Shown piece by piece: positions 49,801 through 62,619 of a stretch of 64,000 nucleotides of DNA; the first letter of the stretch is position 1, and each line of letters opens with the position of its first letter. This stretch comes from Eledone cirrhosa. Lineage: Eukaryota. The notes beneath the pieces were generated by a model, which was not told the origin of the DNA, did not search any database, and saw only the letters and a list, made by a program, of their open reading frames with translations. Where the stretch lies: NCBI GenBank assembly GCA_964016885.1, contig OZ024762.1, positions 4,030,001-4,094,000 of the forward strand, read 5' to 3'. The position numbers were made by a program, and so were the translations under genes.

Positions 49801-52800
49801 CCCTAGGAATAATTAAGTGTTGTTGTGGGTGCCCTAGGAATGATCAAGTGTTGTTGTGGGAGCCCTAGGAATAATTAAGTGTTGTTGTGGGTGCCCTAGG
49901 AATGATCAAGTGTTGTTGTGGGTGCCCTAGGAATAATTAAGTGTTGTTGTGGGTGCCCTAGGAATGATCAAGTGTTGTTGTGGGAGCCCTAGGAATAATT
50001 AAGTGTTGTTGTGGGTGCCCTAGGAATGATCAAGTGTTGTTGTGGGTGCTCTAGGAATAATTAAGTGTTGTTGTGGGTGCCCTAGGAATGATCAAGTGTT
50101 GTTGTGGGAGCCCTAGGAATAATTAAGTGTTGTTGTGGGTGCCCTAGGAATGATCAAGTGTTGTTGTGGGTGCCCTAGGAATGATCAAGTGTTGTTGTGG
50201 GAGCCCTAGGAATGATCAAGTGTTGTTGTGGGTGCCCTAGGAATGATCAAGTGTTGTTGTGGGTGCCCTAGGAATGATCAAGTGTTGTTGTGGGTGCCCT
50301 AGGAATGATCAAGTGTTGTTGTGGGTGCTCTAGGAATAATTAAGTGTTGTTGTGGGTGCCCTAGGAATGATCAAGTGTTGTTGTGGGTGCTCTAGGAATA
50401 ATTAAGTGTTGTTGTGGGTGCCCTAGGAATGATCAAGTGTTGTTGTGGGTGCCCTAGGAATAATTAAGTGTTGTTGTGGGTGCCCTAGGAATGATCAAGT
50501 GTTGTTGTGGGAGCTCTAGGAATGATCAAGTGTTGTTGTGGGTGCTCTAGGAATAATTAAGTGTTGTTGTGGGTGCTCTAGGAATAATCAAGTGTTGTTG
50601 TGGGTGCCCTAGGAATGATTAAGTGTTGTTGTGGGTGCCCTAGGAATGATTAAGTGTTGTTGTGGGTGCCCTAGGAATGATCAAGTGTTGTTGTGGGAGC
50701 CCTAGGAATAATTAAGTGTTGTTGTGGGTGCCCTAGGAATGATTAAGTGTTGTTGTGGGTGCTCTAGGAATGATCAAGTGTTGTTGTGGGAGCCCTAGGA
50801 ATGATCAAGTGTTGTTGTGGGAGCTCTAGGAATGATCAAGTGTTGTTGTGGGTGCCCTAGGAATGATCAAGTGTTGTTGTGGGTGCTCTAGGAATGATCA
50901 AGTGTTGTTGTGGGTGCCCTAGGAATGATCAAGTGTTGTTGTGGGTGCCCTAGGAATGATCAAGTGTTGTTGTGGGTGCCCTAGGAATGATCAAGTGTTG
51001 TTGTGGGTGCTCTAGGAATGATCAAGTGTTGTTGTGGGTGCCCTAGGAATGATCAAGTGTTGTTGTGGGAGCTCTAGGAATGATCAAGTGTTGTTGTGGG
51101 AGCTCTAGGAATGATCAAGTGTTGTTGTGGGTGCCCTAGGAATGATCAAGTGTTGTTGTGGGTGCCCTAGGAATGATCAAGTGTTGTTGTGGGTGCCCTA
51201 GGAATGATTAAGTGTTGTTGTGGGTGCCCTAGGAATGATCAAGTGTTGTTGTGGGTGCTCTAGGAATGATCAAGTGTTGTTGTGGGTGCCCTAGGAATGA
51301 TCAAGTGTTGTTGTGGGTGCCCTAGGAATGATTAAGTGTTGTTGTGGGTGCCCTAGGAATGATCAAGTGTTGTTGGAGGTGCCCTAGGAATGATCAAGTG
51401 TTGTTGTGGGTGCCCTAGGAATGATCAAGTGTTGTTGTGGGTGCCCTAGGAATAATTAAGTGTTGTTGTGGGTGCTCTAGGAATGATCAAGTGTTGTTGT
51501 GGGTGCCCTAGGAATGATTAAGTGTTGTTGTGGGTGCCCTAGGAATGATCAAGTGTTGTTGTGGGTGCCCTAGGAATGATCAAGTGTTGTTGTGGGTGCC
51601 CTAGGAATGATTAAGTGTTGTTGTGGGTGCCCTAGGAATGATCAAGTGTTGTTGTGGGTGCCCTAGGAATGATCAAGTGTTGTTGTGGGAGCCCTAGGAA
51701 TGATCAAGTGTTGTTGTGGGTGCCCTAGGAATGATCAAGTGTTGTTGTGGGTGCCCTAGGAATGATTAAGTGTTGTTGTGGGTGCCCTAGGAATGATCAA
51801 GTGTTGTTGTGGGTGCCCTAGGAATGATCAAGTGTTGTTGTGGGTGCCCTAGGAATGATTAAGTGTTGTTGTGGGAGCCCTAGGAATGATCAAGTGTTGT
51901 TGGAGGTGCCCTAGGAATAATTAAGTGTTGTTGTGGGAGCCCTAGGAATGATTAAGTGTTGTTGTGGGTGCCCTAGGAATGATCAAGTGTTGTTGGAGGT
52001 GCCCTAGGAATAATTAAGTGTTGTTGTGGGAGCCCTAGGAATGATCAAGTGTTGTTGGAGGTGCCCTAGGAATGATCAAGTGTTGTTGTGGGTGCCCTAG
52101 GAATGATCAAGTGTTGTTGGAGGTGCCCTAGGAATAATTAAGTGTTGTTGTGGGAGCCCTAGGAATGATCAAGTGTTGTTGGAGGTGCCCTAGGAATAAT
52201 TAAGTGTTGTTGTGGGAGCCCTAGGAATGATCAAGTGTTGTTGGAGGTGCCCTAGGAATGATCAAGTGTTGTTGTGGGTGCCCTAGGAATGATCAAGTGT
52301 TGTTGGAGGTGCCCTAGGAATAATTAAGTGTTGTTGTGGGAGCCCTAGGAATGATCAAGTGTTGTTGGAGGTGCCCTAGGAATGATCAAGTGTTGTTGGA
52401 GGTGCCCTAGGAATAATTAAGTGTTGTTGTGGGAGCCCTAGGAATGATCAAGTGTTGTTGTGGGAGCCCTAGGAATGATCAAGTGTTGTTGTGGGTGCCC
52501 TAGGAATGATCAAGTGTTGTTGGAGGTGCCCTAGGAATAATTAAGTGTTGTTGTGGGAGCCCTAGGAATGATCAAGTGTTGTTGTGGGTGCCCTAGGAAT
52601 GATCAAGTGTTGTTGGAGGTGCCCTAGGAATGATTAAGTGTTGTTGTGGGAGCCCTAGGAATGATCAAGTGTTGTTGGAGGTGCCCTAGGAATAATTAAG
52701 TGTTGTTGTGGGAGCCCTAGGAATGATTAAGTGTTGTTGTGGGTGCCCTAGGAATGATCAAGTGTTGTTGGAGGTGCCCTAGGAATAATTAAGTGTTGTT

Positions 52801-55800
52801 GTGGGAGCCCTAGGAATGATCAAGTGTTGTTGGAGGTGCCCTAGGAATGATCAAGTGTTGTTGTGGGTGCCCTAGGAATGATCAAGTGTTGTTGGAGGTG
52901 CCCTAGGAATGATTAAGTGTTGTTGTGGGAGCCCTAGGAATGATCAAGTGTTGTTGGAGGTGCCCTAGGAATAATTAAGTGTTGTTGTGGGAGCCCTAGG
53001 AATGATTAAGTGTTGTTGTGGGTGCCCTAGGAATGATCAAGTGTTGTTGGAGGTGCCCTAGGAATAATTAAGTGTTGTTGTGGGAGCCCTAGGAATGATC
53101 AAGTGTTGTTGGAGGTGCCCTAGGAATAATTAAGTGTTGTTGTGGGAGCCCTAGGAATGATCAAGTGTTGTTGTGGGAGCCCTAGGAATGATCAAGTGTT
53201 GTTGTGGGTGCCCTAGGAATGATCAAGTGTTGTTGGAGGTGCCCTAGGAATAATTAAGTGTTGTTGTGGGAGCCCTAGGAATGATCAAGTGTTGTTGTGG
53301 GTGCCCTAGGAATGATCAAGTGTTGTTGGAGGTGCCCTAGGAATAATTAAGTGTTGTTGTGGGTGCCCTAGGAATGATCAAGTGTTGTTGTGGGTGCCCT
53401 AGGAATGATCAAGTGTTGTTGTGGGTGCTCTAGGAATGATCAAGTGTTGTTGTGGGTGCTCTAGGAATGATCAAGTGTTGTTGTGGGTGCCCTAGGAATG
53501 ATCAAGTGTTGTTGTGGGTGCTCTAGGAATGATCAAGTGTTGTTGTGGGTGCCCTAGGAATGATTAAGTGTTGTTGTGGGTGCCCTAGGAATGATCAAGT
53601 GTTGTTGTGGGTGCCCTAGGAATGATCAAGTGTTGTTGTGGGTGCTCTAGGAATGATCAAGTGTTGTTGTGGGTGCCCTAGGAATGATCAAGTGTTGTTG
53701 TGGGTGCTCTAGGAATGATCAAGTGCAAGTGTTGTTGTGGGTGCCCTAGGAATGATCAAGTGTTGTTGTGGGTGCCCTAGGAATGATCAAGTGTTGTTGT
53801 GGGTGCCTCTAGGAATGATCAAGTGTTGTTGTGGGTGCCTAGGAATGATCAAGTGTTGTTGTGGGTGCCCTAGGAATGATCAAGTGTTGTTGTGGGTGCC
53901 CTAGGAATGATCAAGTGTTGTTGTGGGTGCCCTAGGAATGATCAAGTGTTGTTGTGGGTGCTCTAGGAATGATCAAGTGTTGTTGTGGGTGCCCTAGGAA
54001 TGATCAAGTGTTGTTGTGGGTGCCTAGGAATGATCAAGTGTTGTTGTGGGTGCCCTAGGAATGATCAAGTGTTGTTGTGGGAGCCCTAGGAATGATCAAG
54101 TGTTGTTGTGGGTGCCCTAGGAATGATCAAGTGTTGTTGTGGGTGCTCTAGGAATGATCAAGTGTTGTTGTGGGTGCCCTAGGAATGATCAAGTGTTGTT
54201 GTGGTGCCTAGGAATGATCAGTGTTGTTGTGGGTGCCCTAGGAATGATCAAGTGTTGTTGTGGGTGCTCTAGGAATGATCAAGTGTTGTTGTGGGTGCCC
54301 TAGGAATGATCAAGTGTTGTTGTGGGTGCTCTAGGAATGATCAAGTGTTGTTGTGGGTGCCCTAGGAATGATCAAGTGTGTTGTGGGTGCCTAGGAATGA
54401 TCAAGTGTTGTTGTGGGTGCCCTAGGAATGATCAAGTGTTGTTGTGGGAGCCCTAGGAATGATCAAGTGTTGTTGTGGGAGCCCTAGGAATGATTAAGTG
54501 TTGTTGTGGGTGCCCTAGGAATGATAAGTGTTGTTGTGGGAGCCCTAGGAATGATTAAGTGTTGTTGTGGGAGCCCTAGGAATGATCAAGTGTTGTTGTG
54601 GGAGCCCTAGGAATAATTAAGTGTTGTTGTGGGAGCCCTAGGAATGATTAAGTGTTGTTGTGGGAGCCCTAGGAATGATTAAGTGTTGTTGTGGGTGCCC
54701 TAGGAATGATTAAGTGTTGTTGTGGGTGCCCTAGGAATGATTAAGTGTTGTTGTGGGAGCCCTAGGAATGATCAAGTGTTGTTGTGGGAGCCCTAGGAAT
54801 GATCAAGTGTTGTTGTGGGAGCCCTAGGAATGATCAAGTGTTGTTGTGGGTGCCCTAGGAATGATCAAGTGTTGTTGTGGGAGCCCTAGGAATGATTAAG
54901 TGTTGTTGTGGGTGCCCTAGGAATGATTAAGTGTTGTTGTGGGAGCCCTAGGAATGATCAAGTGTTGTTGTGGGTGCCCTAGGAATGATCAAGTGTTGTT
55001 GTGGGAGCCCTAGGAATGATTAAGTGTTGTTGTGGGTGCCCTAGGAATGATTAAGTGTTGTTGTGGGTGCCCTAGGAATGATTAAGTGTTGTTGTGGGAG
55101 CCCTAGGAATGATCAAGTGTTGTTGTGGGAGCCCTAGGAATAATTAAGTGTTGTTGTGGGAGCCCTAGGAATGATCAAGTGTTGTTGTGGGAGCCCTAGG
55201 AATAATTAAGTGTTGTTGTGGGTGCCCTAGGAATGATTAAGTGTTGTTGTGGGAGCCCTAGGAATGATTAAGTGTTGTTGTGGGTGCCCTAGGAATGATT
55301 AAGTGTTGTTGTGGGTGCCCTAGGAATGATTAAGTGTTGTTGTGGGAGCCCTAGGAATGATTAAGTGTTGTTGTGGGAGCCCTAGGAATGATTAAGTGTT
55401 GTTGTGGGTGCCCTAGGAATGATTAAGTGTTGTTGTGGGTGCCCTAGGAATGATTAAGTGTTGTTGTGGGAGCCCTAGGAATGATCAAGTGTTGTTGTGG
55501 GAGCCCTAGGAATAATTAAGTGTTGTTGTGGGAGCCCTAGGAATGATCAAGTGTTGTTGTGGGAGCCCTAGGAATAATTAAGTGTTGTTGTGGGTGCCCT
55601 AGGAATGATTAAGTGTTGTTGTGGGAGCCCTAGGAATGATTAAGTGTTGTTGTGGGTGCCCTAGGAATGATTAAGTGTTGTTGTGGGTGCCCTAGGAATG
55701 ATTAAGTGTTGTTGTGGGAGCCCTAGGAATGATTAAGTGTTGTTGTGGGAGCCCTAGGAATGATTAAGTGTTGTTGTGGGTGCCCTAGGAATGATTAAGT

Positions 55801-56340
55801 GTTGTTGGAGGTGCCCTAGGAATGATTAAGTGTTGTTGTGGGAGCACTAGGAATGATCAAGTGTTGTTGGAGGTGCCCTAGGAATGGTCAAGTGTTGTTG
55901 TGGGTGCCCTAGGAATGATTAAGTGTTGTTGTGGGTGCCCTAGGAATGATCAAGTGTTGTTGTGGGAGCCCTAGGAATAATTAAGTGTTGTTGTGGGTGC
56001 CCTAGGAATGATCAAGTGTTGTTGTGGGAGCCCTAGGAATGATCAAGTGTTGTTGTGGGTGCTCTAGGAATGATCAAGTGTTGTTGTGGGAGCCCTAGGA
56101 ATGATTAAGTGTTGTTGGAGGTGCCCTAGGAATGGTCAAGAAAGGCACCAACTAATTCATTGACCAGGTCCAAAGGAAACAACAATCTATGAGGTTCAAA
56201 ATAATTGTTCTAACTTCAACCATTCTCCTTCTCAGGAAACCTCTCTGTCTGATGTGTACATGCTTCAGGCCTCTGCTTGAGACCTGGTTGGAAGATGAAA
56301 TAAAATGGAAATCAAATGAAAAAAAAAAAAAAAAAAAAAA
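43830..56340 (+). mobile_element. Decayed R4/Dong-clade LINE (RT thumb, CCHC knuckle, RLE, poly-A) split by an 11.25-kb satellite
   Basis: AINSLAVPVVQY..DIKTRKLLT..YLPRKEG..GL; CRLCDDMLENIDHTVANC; LWDYGIHTDRKI..NRSD; IIPVVVGALGMIK [array] KGTN..IVLTST..LLRK; poly-A at 56319-56340; many stops and frameshifts. Confidence 0.9.
44890..56140. repeat. 31-bp satellite GTTGTTGTGGGTGCCCTAGGAATGATCAAGT, ~363 copies
   Basis: Period 31 (units at 44890 and 44921); the unit is the LINE codons for VVVGALGMIK plus one T. Confidence 0.97.
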
Positions 56341-56348
56341 TAATAAAG

Positions 56349-56530
56349 TGTTTCTACTTTTGGCACAAGGCCAGCAATTCGAAGGGAAATGTAAAGTCAA
56401 TTAAATCCCATTGAGGATGGAAGGCAAAGTTGGCTGTCACAGGATTTGAACTCAGGTGCTTTCTTATTTTATCAACCCCTGGAATGACGAGAGTCTAAGT
56501 TGACCTTGGCAGGATTTGAAATCGGAATAT
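56349..56530 (-). mobile_element. Degenerate SINE family A fragments abutting the R4 poly-A
   Basis: TGTTTCTACTTTTGGCACAAGGCCAGCAATT...GGATTTGAACTCAG. Confidence 0.7.
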
Positions 56531-56608
56531 AAAAAAATTTAAATAAATACCTTATGAAATATTACTTGGATACTCCAAGAAGTCTGCAAACAAAGTAAAT
56601 ATTATCCA

Positions 56609-56925
56609 CTGAACTGAAGACCCAGTATATTCCAATGTAAGGTCGACTGAATCTGGTTGAAACGATCTTTCTGTTGTTATATAAGTTTATGTGTATTTAA
56701 TGTTGCCTCAGTTGAGCTGAAGACCCAGTATATTCTGATATATTCCAATGTAGGATCTTAAGGCTGACCAAATTCTTCTGTTGTTACATAAGTTTATGTG
56801 TATTTAATGTTGCCTCAGTTGAGCTGAAGACCCAGTATATTCTGATATATTCCAATGTAGGATCTTAAGGCTGACCAAATTCTTCTGTTGTTACATAAGT
56901 TTAATGTGTATTTAATTTTGCTTCA
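56609..56925. repeat. ~107-bp tandem repeat x3
   Basis: GAGCTGAAGACCCAGTATATT at 56714 and 56821, with a diverged copy at ~56611. Confidence 0.85.
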
Positions 56926-57410
56926 CTCAAACTGTCACCAACTGTGAATATTTCTACTTTAGAACTTTTATATATTAATAGGAGATTAACATACATGGTG
57001 GTAGTGGTTGTAGTAGTAGTGGTGCTGTTGTGGGGGTGATGATGGTGGTGGTGGTAGTAGTAGTAGTAGTAGTCGGCGACGTAATAGTAGTAGTAGTAGC
57101 AGCAGCAGCAACAGTAGTAGTCGTGGGGTAGTAGTAGTGGTGGCAGTAGCAGTAATAGTACTAATAGTAGTAGCTGTAGTTGTGGTAGTGGTAGTGGTGG
57201 TGTAGCTACGATGGCAGGGGGTAAACATCACATCTTTATTAACAAAACAATGGTACTTCGTTTTATTTTACTTTACTTTACTTTACTTTACTGTTTTTGT
57301 AATTAATTTCCCAGATCAAACTAAATTAAACTTCTGGGATGATGATGATGGCAACTTAATAGTAATTAGAATCTCACACACATTATAATTACTGCATATG
57401 TGCACCTACA

Positions 57411-57449
<39 letters not shown>

Positions 57450-57912
57450 TTCTAAATAATTACGGGATATTATACAGCAATATTTAAAACTTATTGCCAT
57501 TTCTGCAATTTCAATATACATCTAAAAGTCTGTGATTGCTTGTTTGTCTGTAATGTGATACAGCCGAAAGGGCGCATAATGGGAAAATACTTTGAAAGGG
57601 AGTTGACCCTGGAATGGGAATACAAATGGAATAAAACAAGTTTCGCGTAAATCGAAGCACGGGTTCCTGAAATATTGGGTTTTTCAGGGTACCTTCATAA
57701 ACAGATAGAGAGAGAAAGAGATAGTGGTTGTGAGTGAGCAGATTGAAAGAGAGACATAGAGAGAGAGAGAGAGAGAGAGAGGGGAGACAGAGAAAGGAAA
57801 ATGCAAGAGAGAGAGCTGGTGGTGTTGTTGTGTATATATATATGTGAGTGTGTGTGTATATATGTATATGTGAGTGTGTGTCTATGACCAGAGTATATAG
57901 ATCACAGACACC

Positions 57913-57945
<33 letters not shown>

Positions 57946-57985
57946 GTATACACATACACATTTATATATACATACATATGCACAC

Positions 57986-58035
<50 letters not shown>

Positions 58036-58167
58036 GCCTTCCAGTTTCATTTCACATTATATTCATGTCTGTGTATATTTTAATTATTTAAAAATTATTT
58101 TTAAGTGAAGATGATTTAAAAAAAAAATTTTGAAGTGAACATGATCCAACGGGTCATGGGAGGTCTA

Positions 58168-58221
<54 letters not shown>

Positions 58222-58534
58222 GCGTGTGCATGTGTATGAATGTATACACACACACATATATATAAAGTTTTGTAGTTAATAGGAAGCATTGTGAGATATG
58301 TAATAAAAGAGCAATAGTTTTAAAAAAGCCGGTACAATGTGGTAGAAATATATAAAGGGCAAATGATGACAAATAAAACAGAACCAAGTATAGTTCAACA
58401 TGATATTTCAGAGTTATTACCCTCTTTTCAAATGTGTGGATGAAACAGTTCAAAAGAAGATGAACGATTAATATGTTTTATCTTAACTGACCTATGTGTC
58501 TGAAACATATACATAAAGCATAAATGAACTAAGT

Positions 58535-58790
58535 GAGAAATTAGGAATAAGAGGGATCAGATGCTGTTTACTCGAGAGAAGACTATGTTGGTATGGTCAC
58601 GTGATGCGCATGAAAGACGACAGCTGTATAAAAAAGTGCAGGGCGATCAAAATAGATGGAAGCTACAGAGTAGGCAGACCCAGAAAACCCTGGGACGACT
58701 TGATAAATTCCGACCTTACACCTCGCCAAGACAATGTCACTGGACCGAGATTTTTGGCGCTACGCAGTAATACAGAAGACCCGCCTTGCC
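58535..58790 (+). mobile_element. RTE (BovB-like) LINE 3' fragment
   Basis: GIRCCLLERRLCWYGHVMRMKDDSCIKKC...GRPRKPWDD. Confidence 0.85.
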
Positions 58791-58924
58791 TAAGTACAAA
58801 GCGAAACCTACAGTCAGTAGGCACCTCTTAACCAAAAATACACCCCCATCCCGCTACCCCTACCCCACCCCTTTCTCTGTAAAGTTATGTTGGTACCACA
58901 ACATCCAGTCCAAAATAAATGAGG

Positions 58925-59190
58925 TCGTGTAGGTGTCACGACAAAAAAACACAGTACACTCTGTAATGTGGCCGTGTAGGTAACACGTTAAAAACCTCCC
59001 AGTTCCACACTGTAAACGTGGTTGGTGTTAGGAAGGGCATCCAGCCATAGAAAACCTGCCAGACAGTCCTATACGAGCGAGACACGGTCACCCGACCAAT
59101 CTTGCCTCAAGTGGGACAACTCCCGTCTAACCCATGTTAGCGTGGAAGATAGATGTCAAACGATGATGATGATGATGATGATGATGATGA
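58925..59190 (+). mobile_element. SINE 3' portion with RTE-like (GAT)n tail
   Basis: GTGGTTGGTGTTAGGAAGGGCATCCAGCCATAGAAA...CCCATGTTAGCGTGGAAG..(GAT)n. Confidence 0.75.
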
Positions 59191-59640
59191 TATATTCATA
59201 CACACACACACATATATGAGGCTATCTACCTAAGGTACCAAGCAGTTTCAGTGAAAACAAATCTGAGTGTTTGTGAAGAGAACTCTTTAACTCCATAGAC
59301 ATACCTACACTTAATTCTAATATATAATTACTTATTCTTACTTATGATATATATTTTTCTTGTGAAGCTTTGAGAATAAACACCAAAACCACAACAAGGA
59401 ACCTACCTTTCTTTGGTGAGGAGCAAAGACGCATAACATCGTGAGGGTGGTGAACCAAGCACTTACCTAAAATAAAGAAGAGACGTACAATAATTAAAAC
59501 ATGAATTACTGTTGATCAACTACAACTACAACAACAATGGCAATGACACTAGAAGAATGTTGAACTACTTTAGTGTAAGGAGAAAAATAACTTTTAGTAA
59601 AATAATAGACATCCAACTTATTAATGAAATATAAATATTT

Positions 59641-59800
59641 AATTGTTTCTACTTTTGGCACAAGGCTATCATCTCAGTGCATTACTGGTACTTTATTTTA
59701 TCGATCCTGTAAGGATGAAAGGCAAAGTTAACCTCGGCAGGATTTGAATTCAGAACGTAAAGGGCCATAATGCTATGGTGCAAAGCATAGTGTCTGATGA
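59641..59800 (-). mobile_element. SINE family A
   Basis: Family match. Confidence 0.8.
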
Positions 59801-60064
59801 ATGACTGAAAATCTAATGCTGCCCTTTATGAAATTCTTCTACTTAACGATTGACCATTAGAGACACGACAATTAGTACCCAGTCCACCCTGTAAGGTGGT
59901 CGTGCTGGTGACATGATGAAAAAGTACCCAGTTGAACCTATTAGTTGGTCATTTTGGTGCCATAATATAAAAATTTGAGAGGACTTTCAATCATGTCAAA
60001 GATACGACAACCTCCCCAGTGCTGGTCTAAGTCTAAAGTTTGTCTTCAGCCATTTAAGGCTCAT

Positions 60065-60306
60065 TAGGCTGGTGTTTATCCTGGTTTCATGGCTAAAGTG
60101 ACTGAGGGTACAAGACTACCCCTGGACAGGACGCCAATCCATCACAGGGTTAAACTCCCAGCTATTGCTGGTACTCATTTTCAGCTGAGTATACTGGAGC
60201 AACGTGAAATGAAGTGTTTTGCTCAAGAACACAACACAACCCAGGAATTGATCCCACAACATTATTATCATAAGTCCAACACCCTTACCACTAGGCCATG
60301 TGTCTC
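60065..60306 (-). mobile_element. SINE family B
   Basis: Close match to 63209-63474. Confidence 0.82.
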
Positions 60307-60832
60307 CCTAGTGCTGGTGTCATAACGAAATGCACCGAGTACATTCTGTAAAGTGGTTGGCATTAGAAATAACATCCAGCAGTAGAAATCAGACCCAAAC
60401 TATGACATATATAAAGAAGACATGGTGTCCTGTCTCAAAGGGCAGTAACTCTTAAGGACTGACTTCTGTAAGGACTGACTTCTGTAATGACCATTTCAAC
60501 TACTATAACACTCATATACTATAACTCTCTCTCTCTCTCTTTTCTCTCAGTGTTCCTCTCTCTCACTCAGTCTTTTCTCCTTATCTTCCTTCTCTTTCCC
60601 CTCTCACTCACTCTATCTTTTCTCCCTACCTTCCATCTCTCTCACTCTTTCTGTCTGACTGTCTCTCTCTTCCGTCTCACTCTCCCTATCTTCCCCTCTC
60701 TCTGTCTCACTCACTCTATCTTTTCTCCCTACCTTCCATCTCTCTCACTCTTTCTGTCTGACTGTCTCTCCCTTTCGTCTCACTCTCCCTATCTTCCCCT
60801 CTCTCTGTTTCACTCTTTCTATCTTTTCTCCC

Positions 60833-60870
<38 letters not shown>

Positions 60871-62168
60871 TTCCCTCTATTAATTCTCATGCCCTCATTA
60901 TCACTCACTTTCTCTCTTTCTCAATCACTCACTAACTGTGCCTCGCACTCTTTATCCCACTCTCTCTATTAGTTCTTACCCTCTCACCTTCTCCCCCCCC
61001 CCCTCCCCACACCCCCATGTACTTTCTGTCTGTTAAATTGACTTTCATTGCCTCTAGCACTGAATGTCTGGCGAAACACACCTGCACACATGGACACACA
61101 CACATACATGCACACACACACATGCATATACATGCACACACACATATGCATACACAAACACACATATGCACACACACACACACACACGCACATGCACATA
61201 CACATGCACACACATACAGTCACACATTCATATGCACATATACGCACACACTTGCACATATACACGCACACACATGCACATATACACACACACACAAACA
61301 GTCAAACACATACATACAAATAGACAAACAAGGTAAAGCTAACTTCAACAGGATTTGAACACAGAATACAAAAGGGACGTAACTATATGCCACAAAGCCT
61401 GTTGTCTGACGCTCTACCAATTCTGCTTAATAATGGAAGAGTTTGTTATATTACTAAATCCCTCCAAATTCTTGGTTATTTTCAAAGTTGCTTTAAAATT
61501 AAAGGCAATGTTTTTATTAGAAAGATGGGTGAGACGGGGAGAGGGGGAGTGTGAGGTGGAGAGAGGGGGAGTGTGAGGGAGAGGGGGAGTGAGGTGGAGA
61601 GAGAGGGGTGAGGTGGAGAGAGGGGGAGTGTGAGGGAGAGGGGGAGTGAGGTGGAGAGAGAGGGGTGAGGTGGAGAGAGAGGGGGAGTGTGAGGGAGAGA
61701 GAAGAAAATAAATATATAAATTTTCTGTTTGGTACTAACCCCCCCCCATCTCTCTTGCAACTTGTTGACCTTTGTACAGCCCCCCCCCCCACAACACTAC
61801 CACCGTTTCCTCTACCCTACCTTCACAACAACGCTGCCACCCTGAAAATACCTCTACCACCATCACCGTGACAACACCCCTAACCATCACCACCACCACC
61901 ACCACAACAACAACACTGCCACCCTGACAACACCTCCACTTCAATCACCATGACAACACCCCTAACCACCACCACCACCATGACAATTCCCCCCCCCCCC
62001 CCCATCACTATGACCCCCCACCATGACCCCCACCCCACCACCACCACACAATCTCTAATTACAGGAGAAAGGAAAACACATCTTAAGGAAGTTTAATAAC
62101 TTAAATCACTTATGTTTCTATGGAAGAAGAAGAAGAAGAAGAAGAAGAAGAAGAAGAAGAAGAAGAAG

Positions 62169-62199
<31 letters not shown>

Positions 62200-62619
62200 T
62201 GTTGTTGTATTTTGACTAGCATTAGGTAACCATTGAGGACACGTGGTGGCCTAGTGGTTAGGGTGTTCGGCTCATCATTGTAAGGTCATAGGTTTGATTC
62301 CCAGACAGGGCAGCTGGTTGTGTTCTTGAGTAAGACTGGGTACCCTATCATTAAAACACCCAAGAACATTTTTATGACATTGTTATAATGGTGTGACACA
62401 CCTGTTTTGTATATCTGCACGAAATGAGGGTAACACCTAAGGTTTACACCAGGTGTAATTCTGAACTACCAATGTGAGACTACAACAAGACTCAGTACAC
62501 GCAGTTCCCGTGACAGTTCACTTCAGCTCTTATTTATAGAGTTTCGCCTAGTCCACTTTTAGTTACATGGGGGTATTTAGGGGTTTTTCCCCCACAACAG
62601 ACATACTACATATATGAGG

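Noticed and set aside
44890-56140. CRISPR-like array, or a coding repeat (micro-ORF MIKCCCGCPRNDQVLLWVP*)
   Set aside because: Units are contiguous with no unique spacers, there are no cas genes, and the context is eukaryotic. The 31-nt period introduces stops in all six frames, and GATTA/AATTA variants truncate the micro-ORF.
62235-62337. Functional tRNA gene
   Set aside because: The A/B boxes run directly into the SINE-B central domain (TTGTGTTCTTGAGTAAGAC), and there is no acceptor stem.
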